From contig JAGACA010000013.1 of assembly GCA_017614315.1 (NCBI GenBank), positions 5,597-69,596 of the forward strand: DNA of 64,000 nucleotides, written 5' to 3'. Below the pieces are notes generated by a model. The model was not told the DNA's origin. It made no database searches and worked only from the letters and a program-made list of their open reading frames with translations. Made by a program: the position numbers and the translations under genes. This document shows positions 9,143 to 18,050 of the stretch, in pieces (the stretch's first letter is position 1; each line of letters starts with the position of its first letter). The stretch is from Clostridia bacterium (lineage in GTDB: Bacteria > Bacillota > Clostridia > Christensenellales > CAG-138).

Positions 9143-11236
9143 TCAAGGTATCCTGTAAAGCGTCGTGCCGCCCTCGTGCCAAACGACCTCGTATCTTCTG
9201 AAATACGCCGTATCGACGCTGTACGAGCCGCGTTCCCAGGTGCTTATAAGCACGTAATCGACGCCGTATTCCTCGGCGTAACGTTCGAAAAACTCGCCGG
9301 GCTCCTCGTACATCTTTTTTACCCTGTCGTACCTTTCGCCGTAGTTCACGCCGTGGAAATAGAGGAAAGTCGGCGCGCCGCATACGATGCTGCGTCCGGT
9401 GAGCATCGCGACGGCGTTGTTGTGATTGGTCGCCGTCAGGAAAACCGCGTCGGGCTCGGCGTTTTCGTTGATCCAGTCGGTCAGCCTTTTGAGCTCGGCG
9501 GAAACGACCTGATAGCCGTTCTCCTCATATTTCAGCTTGGCGTTCACATGGTCGGCGGAGACGTATTCGCGGGCGAGCGTCATCGAGCCCGAAAGGAGCA
9601 TCGAGAAAATGAGCCCCGCGAAAACGAGCCCGTACGCGAGCCGTTTTATTAACGGCGACCTCTTCTCGACGATCCCGCCGCCGTCCGGCGAGAGCGTCTT
9701 TTCGGTGCGGAGCCTGTGCCATGTGTCGGCGATGAACTCCGCGTCAATGCCGCAGGTGAGCGCGAACCACACGAACAGGAGCTTGTTATTGTCGTAGGTG
9801 TTAGGCTGGAACACGACGAATTCGCAGAGCAGCCATATCACGAACGTGCCGCCGTAGAAGAGCTTCGTTTCCTTCTTTGCCGCGATGAACGCGGGGATCA
9901 TAAGCAGGAATATGAAACCCATGTTCTTAATATAGAACCAGAGCCACGAATCGGACTGGTTGCACCAGTTGAAATGCCATTTGAGGAAGCCGCCCGCTGA
10001 GGACTGTCGGAACGTGAACCCGAAAAGCTGCGGCGCGGCAAGCGCCACGGCGATGAGGCCGTAGTACACGAAGAACAGCAGCGTCTTTTTGCCCTGTTTT
10101 TTCTCCTCCGCGTCCTTGCACAGAAACTGACCTGCGCCGAGGGCGATTATGAGGAAGAGGCTGATGAGCCCGAGCGCAAAGAAGCTGTGCGTGTGCACGA
10201 GGGGCATGGCTCCCGCGAGTATGCCGAGGGGGATGAACAGCCTGTATTCCTTACCCAGCGCGGCGCGCCTCAAGAGCCCGAGCGCGGGGAACAGGAGCGC
10301 CCAGCCGAAAAGCGTCGCCCTTTGGGGGATGAGCATGTCGGCAATGGTGTTTACCCATCTTAAGCCGTTGTCGACGAAGTTGGTCGGCGTCTTGTACCAG
10401 CCCTCGAGGAGCATCTTTTCCATATCGACGGTCGGCGAGCCGCTTACCGTGACGCGGAAGCCGAGCGTTTCGCGGATCCAGTTGGCCCAGTCGCCGCCCG
10501 CGCTCAGGCTCTCGAAGGTCTTGGCGTGATCGAAGAAATACCAGAAGCCGAAGCCGCCGCCCACGAAGAACAGCCATGTGCCGAGCACGGCGGCGGAGTT
10601 CTTTTTGAACCATTCCTCGAAGAGCATGTAAACGCCGGTGACGACGCAGACGAGCGCGTACACCGACGGGAGTATCACGGCAAAACGGAGCGACGCGCCG
10701 AGCGTATAGAACGTGGAGCTCACGCTGTCGCAGAGGAAGGGATAGCCGAGCTGCGTATCCGGAAGTATCGAATACATCGGCGGGAAGGTCTTCTGCACCG
10801 AAATGCTGGTGATGAAGCCGAGATGCATGCAGAGGTCGCCGTAAGTGCACTGCCCGACGTGGAGCGAGCCGTCCGAGGCGGCGACGATGTTATGATTCAG
10901 CATGAGCACCGTGCCGACGAAAATTATGGGCAGCACGGTCAAAAGGAACGCGCATTCCTCCTTGAGCTTGAATTTGCCGGTGCGCGCGCGCTTCCTGCCG
11001 AGCACGGCGAATAGGACGCCTGCCGCGGCGGCAACGGCGAGCGCGAGGAGCTGGGCGAGGAGCGTGAATCCTATCGCGAACGCAAAAAGCACCGGCAGCC
11101 ACATGAGCATCGCAAGCCCGAACGCAAGCCCCATGACCGTCTGCCGGGTAAGGCGGTCGTCGGGGAGAGCGAATCTCGCCGCCGAGAAGCCCGCCAGCGC
11201 GAATATAAGAATGTAGAGTACGGAAAGAAGGTTCAA
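9143..11236 (-). CDS. polytopic membrane protein, probable GT-C fold glycosyltransferase
   Basis: About 13 TM segments, an external loop YGDLCMH...FPP...GYPF, a PQRA motif, and a soluble C-terminal domain (WINEN...LTGR...YGVDYVL) like DUF2298/STT3-type GT-C proteins. Confidence 0.65.
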   Translation of the reverse strand: MNLLSVLYILIFALAGFSAARFALPDDRLTRQTVMGLAFGLAMLMWLPVLFAFAIGFTLLAQLLALAVAAAAGVLFAVLGRKRARTGKFKLKEECAFLLTVLPIIFVGTVLMLNHNIVAASDGSLHVGQCTYGDLCMHLGFITSISVQKTFPPMYSILPDTQLGYPFLCDSVSSTFYTLGASLRFAVILPSVYALVCVVTGVYMLFEEWFKKNSAAVLGTWLFFVGGGFGFWYFFDHAKTFESLSAGGDWANWIRETLGFRVTVSGSPTVDMEKMLLEGWYKTPTNFVDNGLRWVNTIADMLIPQRATLFGWALLFPALGLLRRAALGKEYRLFIPLGILAGAMPLVHTHSFFALGLISLFLIIALGAGQFLCKDAEEKKQGKKTLLFFVYYGLIAVALAAPQLFGFTFRQSSAGGFLKWHFNWCNQSDSWLWFYIKNMGFIFLLMIPAFIAAKKETKLFYGGTFVIWLLCEFVVFQPNTYDNNKLLFVWFALTCGIDAEFIADTWHRLRTEKTLSPDGGGIVEKRSPLIKRLAYGLVFAGLIFSMLLSGSMTLAREYVSADHVNAKLKYEENGYQVVSAELKRLTDWINENAEPDAVFLTATNHNNAVAMLTGRSIVCGAPTFLYFHGVNYGERYDRVKKMYEEPGEFFERYAEEYGVDYVLISTWERGSYSVDTAYFRRYEVVWHEGGTTLYRIP

Positions 11237-11251
11237 TTATCCGCCCACCTT

Positions 11252-11788
11252 TCAAGCGAAAGCTCTAAACCGTTCAAAGGGCAGTATCAAAATGCGCGCG
11301 GCGCCGTAGACCTCGGAATAGGGGAAGATGAAGCGTTCGGGATCGAGCACGCCCGAACGGTCGTCGGGAAGCAGAAGCAGCGAGCCCTCGGGGATCGTCA
11401 CGCTGAAATCGACGCCTTCGCTCCACGAGCCGCCGTAGGCGCTCTCGTCGATGAGCGCGCCGTCAAGGTACGCCCTGCCGTTCCTAACGGTGTATTCCTG
11501 ACCGCCGGCCGCGGCGCAGCGCAGGAAGAACACGCCCTCCTCCGTCCTTGCGTTCAGCACGTCGCCGAGCTCGTAATCGACGAAGAACCTCGACACCCTG
11601 TCGACCAGCACGACGTCTCCCTCCTTAAGCTCCTTCACGCTGTCCGCGCCGACTTCGCAGGGGACGAGCGCGAAGCGGAAAAGAAGGAAGACGATGAGTA
11701 CGGAGACCACGAGCACGACCGCAACGTCGGCGGCGCGCCACAGGTATGAGTCCGTTCTCGTATAGGTGCTTCTGACCGTGTAATCCAT
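11252..11788 (-). CDS. signal peptidase I-like protein lacking the catalytic Lys
   Basis: S26 architecture (TM, GDVVLVDR, YLDG..IDE, VTIPEG), but box D reads FFLRC instead of VKRI and box E reads PDDRSGVLD instead of GDNRxxSxDSR. Confidence 0.75.
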   Translation of the reverse strand: MDYTVRSTYTRTDSYLWRAADVAVVLVVSVLIVFLLFRFALVPCEVGADSVKELKEGDVVLVDRVSRFFVDYELGDVLNARTEEGVFFLRCAAAGGQEYTVRNGRAYLDGALIDESAYGGSWSEGVDFSVTIPEGSLLLLPDDRSGVLDPERFIFPYSEVYGAARILILPFERFRAFA

Positions 11789-12438
11789 CAGCTGACTTTC
11801 CTTATGTTCTTAAACGGGAATACGACCCCGTGCACGCGGCCGATGACGTACGAAAGCGGTATCGCGCCGACCACGCGGGAGTCCTGGGAATTGGTGCGGT
11901 GATCGCCCATGACGAATATGCAGCCCTCGGGAACGGTGAAAACGCCGTCCTCCGCACCCTCGCAGGTGATCCTGTTATATCTGGTTATGCTGTCGATCAG
12001 CATGGTGTCTTCATACGCGGATTCGTCGAGCGGCTCTCCGTCGACGTACACCCGCATGACCGCCCCGGAGGACGACGCCTCGTTGGATACCTTCCTGACC
12101 TCGACGGTCTGCCCGGCGGTCGCGACTATGCGCTTGACGAACGCCTCGTTCTCCCTGCCGGGGAAGTGGATTATGACTATGTCTCCCTGCTTGGGAGAGG
12201 CGAACAGATAGCCTATCTTTTCGACGAAGCAGCGCTCTCCGTTCTGGAGGGTGTTCTGCATGGACGGGCCCTCCACGCGGACGGGCTCGAAAGCGAACGC
12301 CCTCACGGCGAGCATTATGAGCACCAGCCACATGAGGAACCTTAAAAAATCGACGTTGCCCGCCGACCTGAAGCCGGGTTCCTTATCGTGCAGAGCTTCC
12401 GAAAGCTTAAGCGTTTTTTTTGCGTTACCGTCCATCAT
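11788..12438 (-). CDS. lepB: signal peptidase I
   Basis: GPSMQNTL (Ser), FVKRIVA (Lys) and MGDHRTNSQDSR boxes intact. Confidence 0.95.
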   Translation of the reverse strand: MMDGNAKKTLKLSEALHDKEPGFRSAGNVDFLRFLMWLVLIMLAVRAFAFEPVRVEGPSMQNTLQNGERCFVEKIGYLFASPKQGDIVIIHFPGRENEAFVKRIVATAGQTVEVRKVSNEASSSGAVMRVYVDGEPLDESAYEDTMLIDSITRYNRITCEGAEDGVFTVPEGCIFVMGDHRTNSQDSRVVGAIPLSYVIGRVHGVVFPFKNIRKVS

Positions 12439-12625
12439 CTTCTCCTTTGAGCATCTTTGCCGCCCTCAGAAAGTCGCCCCTATCGAGCATTACCGTCCGC
12501 CCGCAGAAGACGCATTTTATCTTTACGTCGGCGCCCGTCCTCGTGATCTCCCATTCGTTGGCGCCGCAGGCGTGCGGCTTGCGCATTATCACGCGGTCTC
12601 CGACCTTGAAATCGTTGGATATCAT
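12425..12625 (-). CDS. DUF951 family small protein
   Basis: MRKPHACGANEWEITRTGADVKIKC..CGR signature. Confidence 0.9.
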   Translation of the reverse strand: MISNDFKVGDRVIMRKPHACGANEWEITRTGADVKIKCVFCGRTVMLDRGDFLRAAKMLKGEDDGR

Positions 12626-12629
12626 CCGA

Positions 12630-14612
12630 TCAATTGCCTCCGACCCATCTTAAGAAGAAATACAGCGCGGCGCCCTTCAGCGCGGCAATATGATCGTCGC
12701 CGCAGGTGTAGAGCGTCATGAACCTATCCTCGAGCACGACCTGTACCTCGTATCCGAGCTGGTTCCGTTCGAGCTGATACATGATCCATTCGAGCTTCTG
12801 CTCGTCGGTCTTCCTGTCGTAGGTGAGGGGCCAGTTGAGGTTGTAGAGCCTCGAAGACATGTACTCGTTCGGGAACGCGCCCTCCTCGTACATCGCCCAT
12901 ACCTCCCACCAGCCGCTTTCGCCGTAAACGTTTATGTACCAGACGCGGTTCTCGTAATCGTTCAGCGTCTCGCTCCTGTCCTGAATAACGTGGAGCTCGT
13001 GGAACATGGTTCCGGTCGGGCGCGAGTTATGCCCCGCGATGACTATATTGCCTGTGGGCTTCTCATAGAAGTACGATATGCAGCCCCTTGCCAGTGTCTT
13101 TCTGTCTATGCCGTGATACTGATAAAAGAAATCGTCGCCGTAGAGTATCGGATAGCAGATATTGGTGTCGGGGAGCTCAATGTATCCCGTCGCGTCGGGG
13201 TTTATGCGGCGGGCGACCGCAAGAGGCGTCGTGTACTTGTCCGTCTTGGCGTACTGGTCTATCGCGCCGCCGGACTGCGCTTCCTTGAGAATGAGCTCGA
13301 TGTCGCTGACGTCGATCGATCCGGGCAGCTCCTCGTCCACTATTATGTTCGCGGCGCGCAGGTACGCTCCTTCGAGCGGCGCGGAACCGTCGGCGTGCGC
13401 CTTCGCGGCGTCGACATCCGAAAGATCTATCACGCCGTCGCCGTTCACGTCGCCCAAAAGCACGCATACCGCCTCGCGGGAAGCGCCCGTCGCGGGATCG
13501 AAATAAGTCGTGATCTGACCGGTATGGACGGGTTCGCCGTCCATCTCGGATCCGGGCTGAAGCCCGAGGAGCCAGCCCTCGTCGGTCACGTACGGCAGGA
13601 GCCGCCACCAGCCGACCGTGAGCCTCAGATCGCGGTCCTCACCGAAGCCCTCCGCTCGGCCGCTGCCGTAAAGCACCACCGCGTGCTCTCTGCCCGCAGC
13701 GACGAAGTAGACGTCCTCGACCCCGTATGGAACGAACGGCGCGTCGGTCACGAGGGTCCCTCCCAATGTAACGGCGTACGTCGCGCCCTCCGCGGCGAAC
13801 ACCTTTATGAGATCGTTTCGGAAGAAGGGCTCCTTCTCCTCGCCGGTCGAAATATCGTAAGTCCTGACCTTTCCGTCCTCGCCGAGCGCCGCGAGGTGAT
13901 CGGGAGCGGCGGCGATCGCCACGACGCGGTGCGCGTTGACGGCGTCGTCGAATTCCGCGCCCAGCGTGGTCTTCACGCCGAGCCAGTCGGTCAGCCCCGC
14001 GGTATAGCTGCCCGCGGCATCGATCATGACGACACGCTTCCACGAAGAGACCTCCGCGCCGGCGCCTTCGCCCGCGGAAACGAGCGTGCCGTCGGCCTTA
14101 AGCCCCACGATATGCGCGTCTCCGAGCTTGATATCGACTATATCCGTCCACTCCTCCGCCTCGGGGAACGGGTTGACCGCGCCCGCGCCGGTGAAGAGGA
14201 GCGTCCCGTCGCCGGTGAGAGCTATCGTTCCCAGATCGTTTGTCGCGACCCTTCTTACGTCGGCCCAGCCGCGGATGTAATTCTGCCCGGCGGTCGGCCT
14301 GCCTATGAACCGGATCGAGCCGTCGTCGGCCACGCCGAAGGTGCCGTGCTCGTCGGTGACGAGGAATGCGTCCCTTCCGGGGATCTCATTACAAACGAAG
14401 TCGGGCAGTATGGGCTCGGGAGTAACGGGGATCTCGGTCGGCGCCGACGTCGGAGCCAATGTCGTCGCGGGCGTGTCGGTGACTTCAGGCAGCTCTTCCG
14501 GAGCCTTCTTTTCCCTGACCTTCGGCAGTACGACGAACCACACGACCGCTATCGCCGCGGCAAGCGCGGCGAGCGCCGATATCTTGATGATATAGCCCTT
14601 TTTCGTTCGCAT
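12630..14612 (-). CDS. membrane-anchored RCC1-like repeat / dockerin / class B sortase fusion protein
   Basis: N-terminal TM, Pro/Thr linker, repeats of type W.D...I..G..H...L..DG, dockerin loop GDVNGDGVIDLSD, and sortase-B motifs (NPD..GYI.LPDTNI.YP, IAGHN, MFHEL, TLYTC); ATG at 14612 with a GGAG RBS. Confidence 0.8.
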   Translation of the reverse strand: MRTKKGYIIKISALAALAAAIAVVWFVVLPKVREKKAPEELPEVTDTPATTLAPTSAPTEIPVTPEPILPDFVCNEIPGRDAFLVTDEHGTFGVADDGSIRFIGRPTAGQNYIRGWADVRRVATNDLGTIALTGDGTLLFTGAGAVNPFPEAEEWTDIVDIKLGDAHIVGLKADGTLVSAGEGAGAEVSSWKRVVMIDAAGSYTAGLTDWLGVKTTLGAEFDDAVNAHRVVAIAAAPDHLAALGEDGKVRTYDISTGEEKEPFFRNDLIKVFAAEGATYAVTLGGTLVTDAPFVPYGVEDVYFVAAGREHAVVLYGSGRAEGFGEDRDLRLTVGWWRLLPYVTDEGWLLGLQPGSEMDGEPVHTGQITTYFDPATGASREAVCVLLGDVNGDGVIDLSDVDAAKAHADGSAPLEGAYLRAANIIVDEELPGSIDVSDIELILKEAQSGGAIDQYAKTDKYTTPLAVARRINPDATGYIELPDTNICYPILYGDDFFYQYHGIDRKTLARGCISYFYEKPTGNIVIAGHNSRPTGTMFHELHVIQDRSETLNDYENRVWYINVYGESGWWEVWAMYEEGAFPNEYMSSRLYNLNWPLTYDRKTDEQKLEWIMYQLERNQLGYEVQVVLEDRFMTLYTCGDDHIAALKGAALYFFLRWVGGN

Positions 14613-14718
14613 TTTCCCGTCTCCGTTCGAAAATATCATACCGAGTTTATCATACCATAAATACACAAAAAAATAAAGAGGCGAATAATATTTTATCCGC
14701 CCCGGCATGTTTCCCGTT

Positions 14719-15483
14719 TCAGTTTCCTATGGGTATCTGCGCCCGCGCCCGCGCCGTTTCCGCGGGATCGACCGCGACGTTCACAACGGTCTCGTTTATG
14801 CCGGCGTTCGCGATCACCCGTCCCCATGGATCGACCGCGATGGAGTTCGCGTATGAGACATAGGAAGCGTCCGTGTTCCGCGAAGGAGCGCAGCCGAAAG
14901 CGAACATCTGGCTGTCGACTGCGCGCGCCCTGAAAAGAAGCTCCCAGTGCATAGGACCGGTCGTCATATTGAACGCCGCCGGGACGAAGAGCATATCCGC
15001 CCTCATGTCGTTAACGAAGCTCGAAAAGCGGACGTCGAAGCAGACGCACACCCCCGCCTTTCCGAACGGCGTTGGGAACACCGTCGCCGAACCGCCCGCG
15101 GAAAGCGTGTCGGACTCGCGGAAGCTCTGTCCGCCCTCGACGTTTATGTCGAAAAGATGCGCCTTACGGTGACGCGCGATAAGCCCGCCGTCTTTCCCGA
15201 AGACAAAGCAGGTGTTGTAGATCCTGCCTCCGTCCGATTCCGGCATGCTGCCGCCGATCAGTACGGCATTCCTCTTCGCTGCGATACCGGAAAGCGCCTC
15301 CGTGACCCTTTCCCCGAAGGGCTCCGCGTTCTTCACGAACGAAGCCGCGTCGTAGGGACAGCAGAACATCTCGGGCAGCATTATAAAGTCCGCGCCGTCC
15401 GACCTTTCGGAAAGCGCCTCCGCGCGGGCGAGGTTTTCGAGCTTGTCTTCCGTGACGGAAGACTGTATCAGCGAAACGATCAT
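14719..15483 (-). CDS. carbon-nitrogen hydrolase (nitrilase/omega-amidase family)
   Basis: Glu-Lys-Cys triad (LPEMF, HRKAHLFD, VCFDVRF), plus PAAFNMTTGPMHW and RARAVD. Confidence 0.92.
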   Translation of the reverse strand: MIVSLIQSSVTEDKLENLARAEALSERSDGADFIMLPEMFCCPYDAASFVKNAEPFGERVTEALSGIAAKRNAVLIGGSMPESDGGRIYNTCFVFGKDGGLIARHRKAHLFDINVEGGQSFRESDTLSAGGSATVFPTPFGKAGVCVCFDVRFSSFVNDMRADMLFVPAAFNMTTGPMHWELLFRARAVDSQMFAFGCAPSRNTDASYVSYANSIAVDPWGRVIANAGINETVVNVAVDPAETARARAQIPIGN

Positions 15484-16217
15484 TTTCCCCCTCCGATCCT
15501 GTAATAAACATAGCTTGCGTCCCGCTTCTCGCGCCGCAGCGCGCCTGCGGACATGATCGACCTCGCCATCGCGCCGGCAACGCGGTTGGGTATGCCGAGC
15601 GCCTTTTCGAGCTCCTTTACCGTGAAGCCGTCGAGCCCGTCGGGAAGCAGCATCAGCCAGTCCGCGCTCTCCGCGAATACGCGCTCGTCGGCGAGCGCCG
15701 TCGGAACGAGCTCGAATTTATCGTAGCCCTTGTCGCGGAACCGCCTTTTCGGCTCCCTTTTCACGCGGTATTCGTCCGCGTCGATCACGGGCACGACGAT
15801 CATGAGGTTTTTGTCGGAGAGCCTTTTTCTAATATGCATCAGCTCGAAGAACAGGCTCTCGATCCTGCCCTTTTTGGGCGAGCTCCTCGGCTTCGTCATC
15901 TCGCCCGTTTCGGGATCGAGATAGATTATCCTCTTGTTCCGTATCAAGGGGCAGACGAGCGTAACGGGGTATTCCCCGAGGAACACCCCGAGCTTGCGGT
16001 CGATATGGAAGAAGCTTCCGGTCTGTATCTCGGTTACTCCGTCCGCGTTGAGTATGTCCGCGAAAAAGCCGCAAAGCTCCGCTTCGTGCTTCGTTTCGTC
16101 CGGCTCGTAATAGTATTTGAGAGCGCTGTGCAGGGTCTTTTCGGCAAGCGTGCCTATGCCGCCCGACTCCCTCGCCTTCGCGCGCTCCACCGCTTTTCGA
16201 AAGGCTTCCGTATCCAT
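15480..16217 (-). CDS. conserved hypothetical protein with a PD-(D/E)XK-like nuclease motif and a C-terminal winged-helix-like tail
   Basis: H..LK...E...ADI....EIQT pattern; stop overlaps the nitrilase start (ATGA); probable leaderless start. Confidence 0.55.
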   Translation of the reverse strand: MDTEAFRKAVERAKARESGGIGTLAEKTLHSALKYYYEPDETKHEAELCGFFADILNADGVTEIQTGSFFHIDRKLGVFLGEYPVTLVCPLIRNKRIIYLDPETGEMTKPRSSPKKGRIESLFFELMHIRKRLSDKNLMIVVPVIDADEYRVKREPKRRFRDKGYDKFELVPTALADERVFAESADWLMLLPDGLDGFTVKELEKALGIPNRVAGAMARSIMSAGALRREKRDASYVYYRIGGGK

Positions 16218-16276
16218 GTAAGAATAATACCATACCCGCCGACGCAATTCAATCCGGATCGTGTCCGTCAAAACTT

Positions 16277-16329
16277 TTTATTGTTTTACAATAAATTATT
16301 GTTGACTTTCTTCGTTTTCGGTGTATAAT
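16277..16329 (+). promoter_or_regulatory. palindromic operator plus promoter for the DUF2975-HTH pair
   Basis: TTTATTG-TTTTA-CAATAAA palindrome at 16277-16295, followed by TTGACT-16 nt-TATAAT. Confidence 0.6.
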
Positions 16330-16359
16330 GGATACAAAGGACCGATAATGGAGGAAATC

Positions 16360-16842
16360 ATGAAACAAAAAACTCTCGCAAGGCTCATAATGGCGGCGAT
16401 AATAGGCGTCGCACTGTGTCTTCTTATCGCGTACATATTCATCATACCCGCCTTCGCGGAGCATCTTGCCGGGATCGCAGGCGGCGAATTCGCGTCGTTC
16501 AAGACCCCCTGGCTCGTGCTCGTTTCGATCACTGCGCTGCCGCTCTTCGCGATGCTGGCGCTGGCGTTCGTCATCGCGGTGAACATTTCCCGCGACCGCT
16601 CGTTCATTATGACGAACGCAAAGCTCCTCGCGGCGATGAGCCTGCTCGCGGCGGCGGATTCGGCGTATTTCTTTGTCGGGAACGTGGTAATGCTCCTGCT
16701 CAACATGAATCACCCGGGAGTATTCCTTTTCGACATGATCATCTGCTTCCTGGGGCTTGCCGTGACGCTTATCTGCGCCGCGCTCTCCCACTATGCGCGC
16801 AAGGCCGCCGAGATGAAGGCCGACGCGGAACTGACGATATGA
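16360..16842 (+). CDS. DUF2975 family membrane protein
   Basis: Four TM segments and a C-terminal A.EMK.D.ELTI ending, paired with a YozG-like HTH gene; RBS GGAGG. Confidence 0.85.
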   Translation: MKQKTLARLIMAAIIGVALCLLIAYIFIIPAFAEHLAGIAGGEFASFKTPWLVLVSITALPLFAMLALAFVIAVNISRDRSFIMTNAKLLAAMSLLAAADSAYFFVGNVVMLLLNMNHPGVFLFDMIICFLGLAVTLICAALSHYARKAAEMKADAELTI

Positions 16843-16850
16843 GGCGAAAT

Positions 16851-17093
16851 ATGGACGAATTCGATCTTATTGACCACGGCGAGCTCGTTTTCAACATCGA
16901 CGTGATGCTCGCGAAAAGAAAGATGAAGGTCGGCGACCTTGCCGACAAGATAGGCATAACCATATCGAACCTTTCCATTTTGAAGAACGGCAAGGCGAAG
17001 GCTGTGAAGGTCTCCACGCTCATACGCCTCTGCGAGGCGCTCGACTGCCAGCCGGGCGATCTTATGGAATACAGAAAACCGGAAGGCGACTGA
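16851..17093 (+). CDS. Cro/CI-type (YozG-like) HTH transcriptional regulator
   Basis: IDVMLAKRKM...GIT.SNLSILKNGKAK...LCEALDCQPGDL. Confidence 0.92.
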   Translation: MDEFDLIDHGELVFNIDVMLAKRKMKVGDLADKIGITISNLSILKNGKAKAVKVSTLIRLCEALDCQPGDLMEYRKPEGD

Positions 17094-17121
17094 CGGCTCG
17101 ATACTTTTCTTCCTCCTTAAC

Positions 17122-17154
17122 GAAAAAGCCGCTGCTTTTTAAGCAGCGGCTTTC
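17122..17154. terminator. bidirectional intrinsic terminator
   Basis: AAAGCCGCTGCTT-loop-AAGCAGCGGCTTT hairpin. Confidence 0.8.
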
Positions 17155-17162
17155 GTTCGTTC

Positions 17163-18050
17163 TCAGTCGTTGTTCCCGCCGAACCATCTGTTCCAGACGT
17201 CGGTGAAGAAGTCGCCTATCGTCTTGAAGAACTCGCCAATCGAGGTGATTATCGACTGGACGGTCTCGCCGAAGGTCTGCGCCTTTTTGGCGGCGTTCGC
17301 CATGTTGACGAGCCTCTGCTGGATCTCCTCGGCGGAGAGCCCCTCGAACATGCGGGCGAGAGTAAAGACCTGCTTCGACTGTTCGTCGGTGAGGGATACG
17401 TTGTACTCCGCGGCGATCTCGTTGATGCGCGTCATGACGTCCTCGTCGCTCATGGTACGGGTCTCGTCTAGTATCTTCTTTACGTCGCGGATGATAGCGA
17501 GGGCTTCCTCGGAACCCACGTACTCCGCGAGCTCGCCGGTGGCGATGAGCTCCTCGATGCCGAGATCCTTCGCGGCGGCGTCGAGCATGCGCCCGGTCAT
17601 GTCCTCATAGGCCTTGTAGATGCCGGTGAGGGCGGCGGTGCCGCTTAAGGGGCGCGGAGCCCAGATCTTGATATCCGCGTCGGTGATGCCGGCGGAGATA
17701 AGTGCGTTTTCATACATCTCGGCGGTGCAGTAGTTGATGTTGAAGGTCTCGATATGAAGCCCCGAGCCTTCTGCGCGGCCGACGATATAGATGGACGAGA
17801 GCGCGACGCGGCCAAGCCTCTCGTCGGGAAGCTTGCCCTCGAAATACTGGCGCTCGTCGCGGTTGGTGACGGTGAGCACGGGGACGTCCCCGTCCGCCGC
17901 GCCGAAATACGCGAGCGCTTCCTGCTTCTGTTCATCGGTAAGATCGGCGCCGAGGACTATCCTCGCCTCGTTCTCGCCTAGGGCGAAGGCGGCGGAAAAG
18001 GCGGTGAGCGCCATGAACGCCGCAAGCATTATCGTAAGTATTTTTTTCAT
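17163..18050 (-). CDS. DUF1002 family secreted protein
   Basis: Signal peptide, LGADLT..Q, VTN..E, MY.NAL.SAGI.DA and SGTAALTGIYKAYE motifs. Confidence 0.9.
   Translation of the reverse strand: MKKILTIMLAAFMALTAFSAAFALGENEARIVLGADLTDEQKQEALAYFGAADGDVPVLTVTNRDERQYFEGKLPDERLGRVALSSIYIVGRAEGSGLHIETFNINYCTAEMYENALISAGITDADIKIWAPRPLSGTAALTGIYKAYEDMTGRMLDAAAKDLGIEELIATGELAEYVGSEEALAIIRDVKKILDETRTMSDEDVMTRINEIAAEYNVSLTDEQSKQVFTLARMFEGLSAEEIQQRLVNMANAAKKAQTFGETVQSIITSIGEFFKTIGDFFTDVWNRWFGGNND

Noticed and set aside
16416-16850. 225-aa N-terminally extended HTH protein
   Set aside because: The extension overlaps the DUF2975 gene out of frame; the HTH domain starts at 16851 after a GAGG RBS
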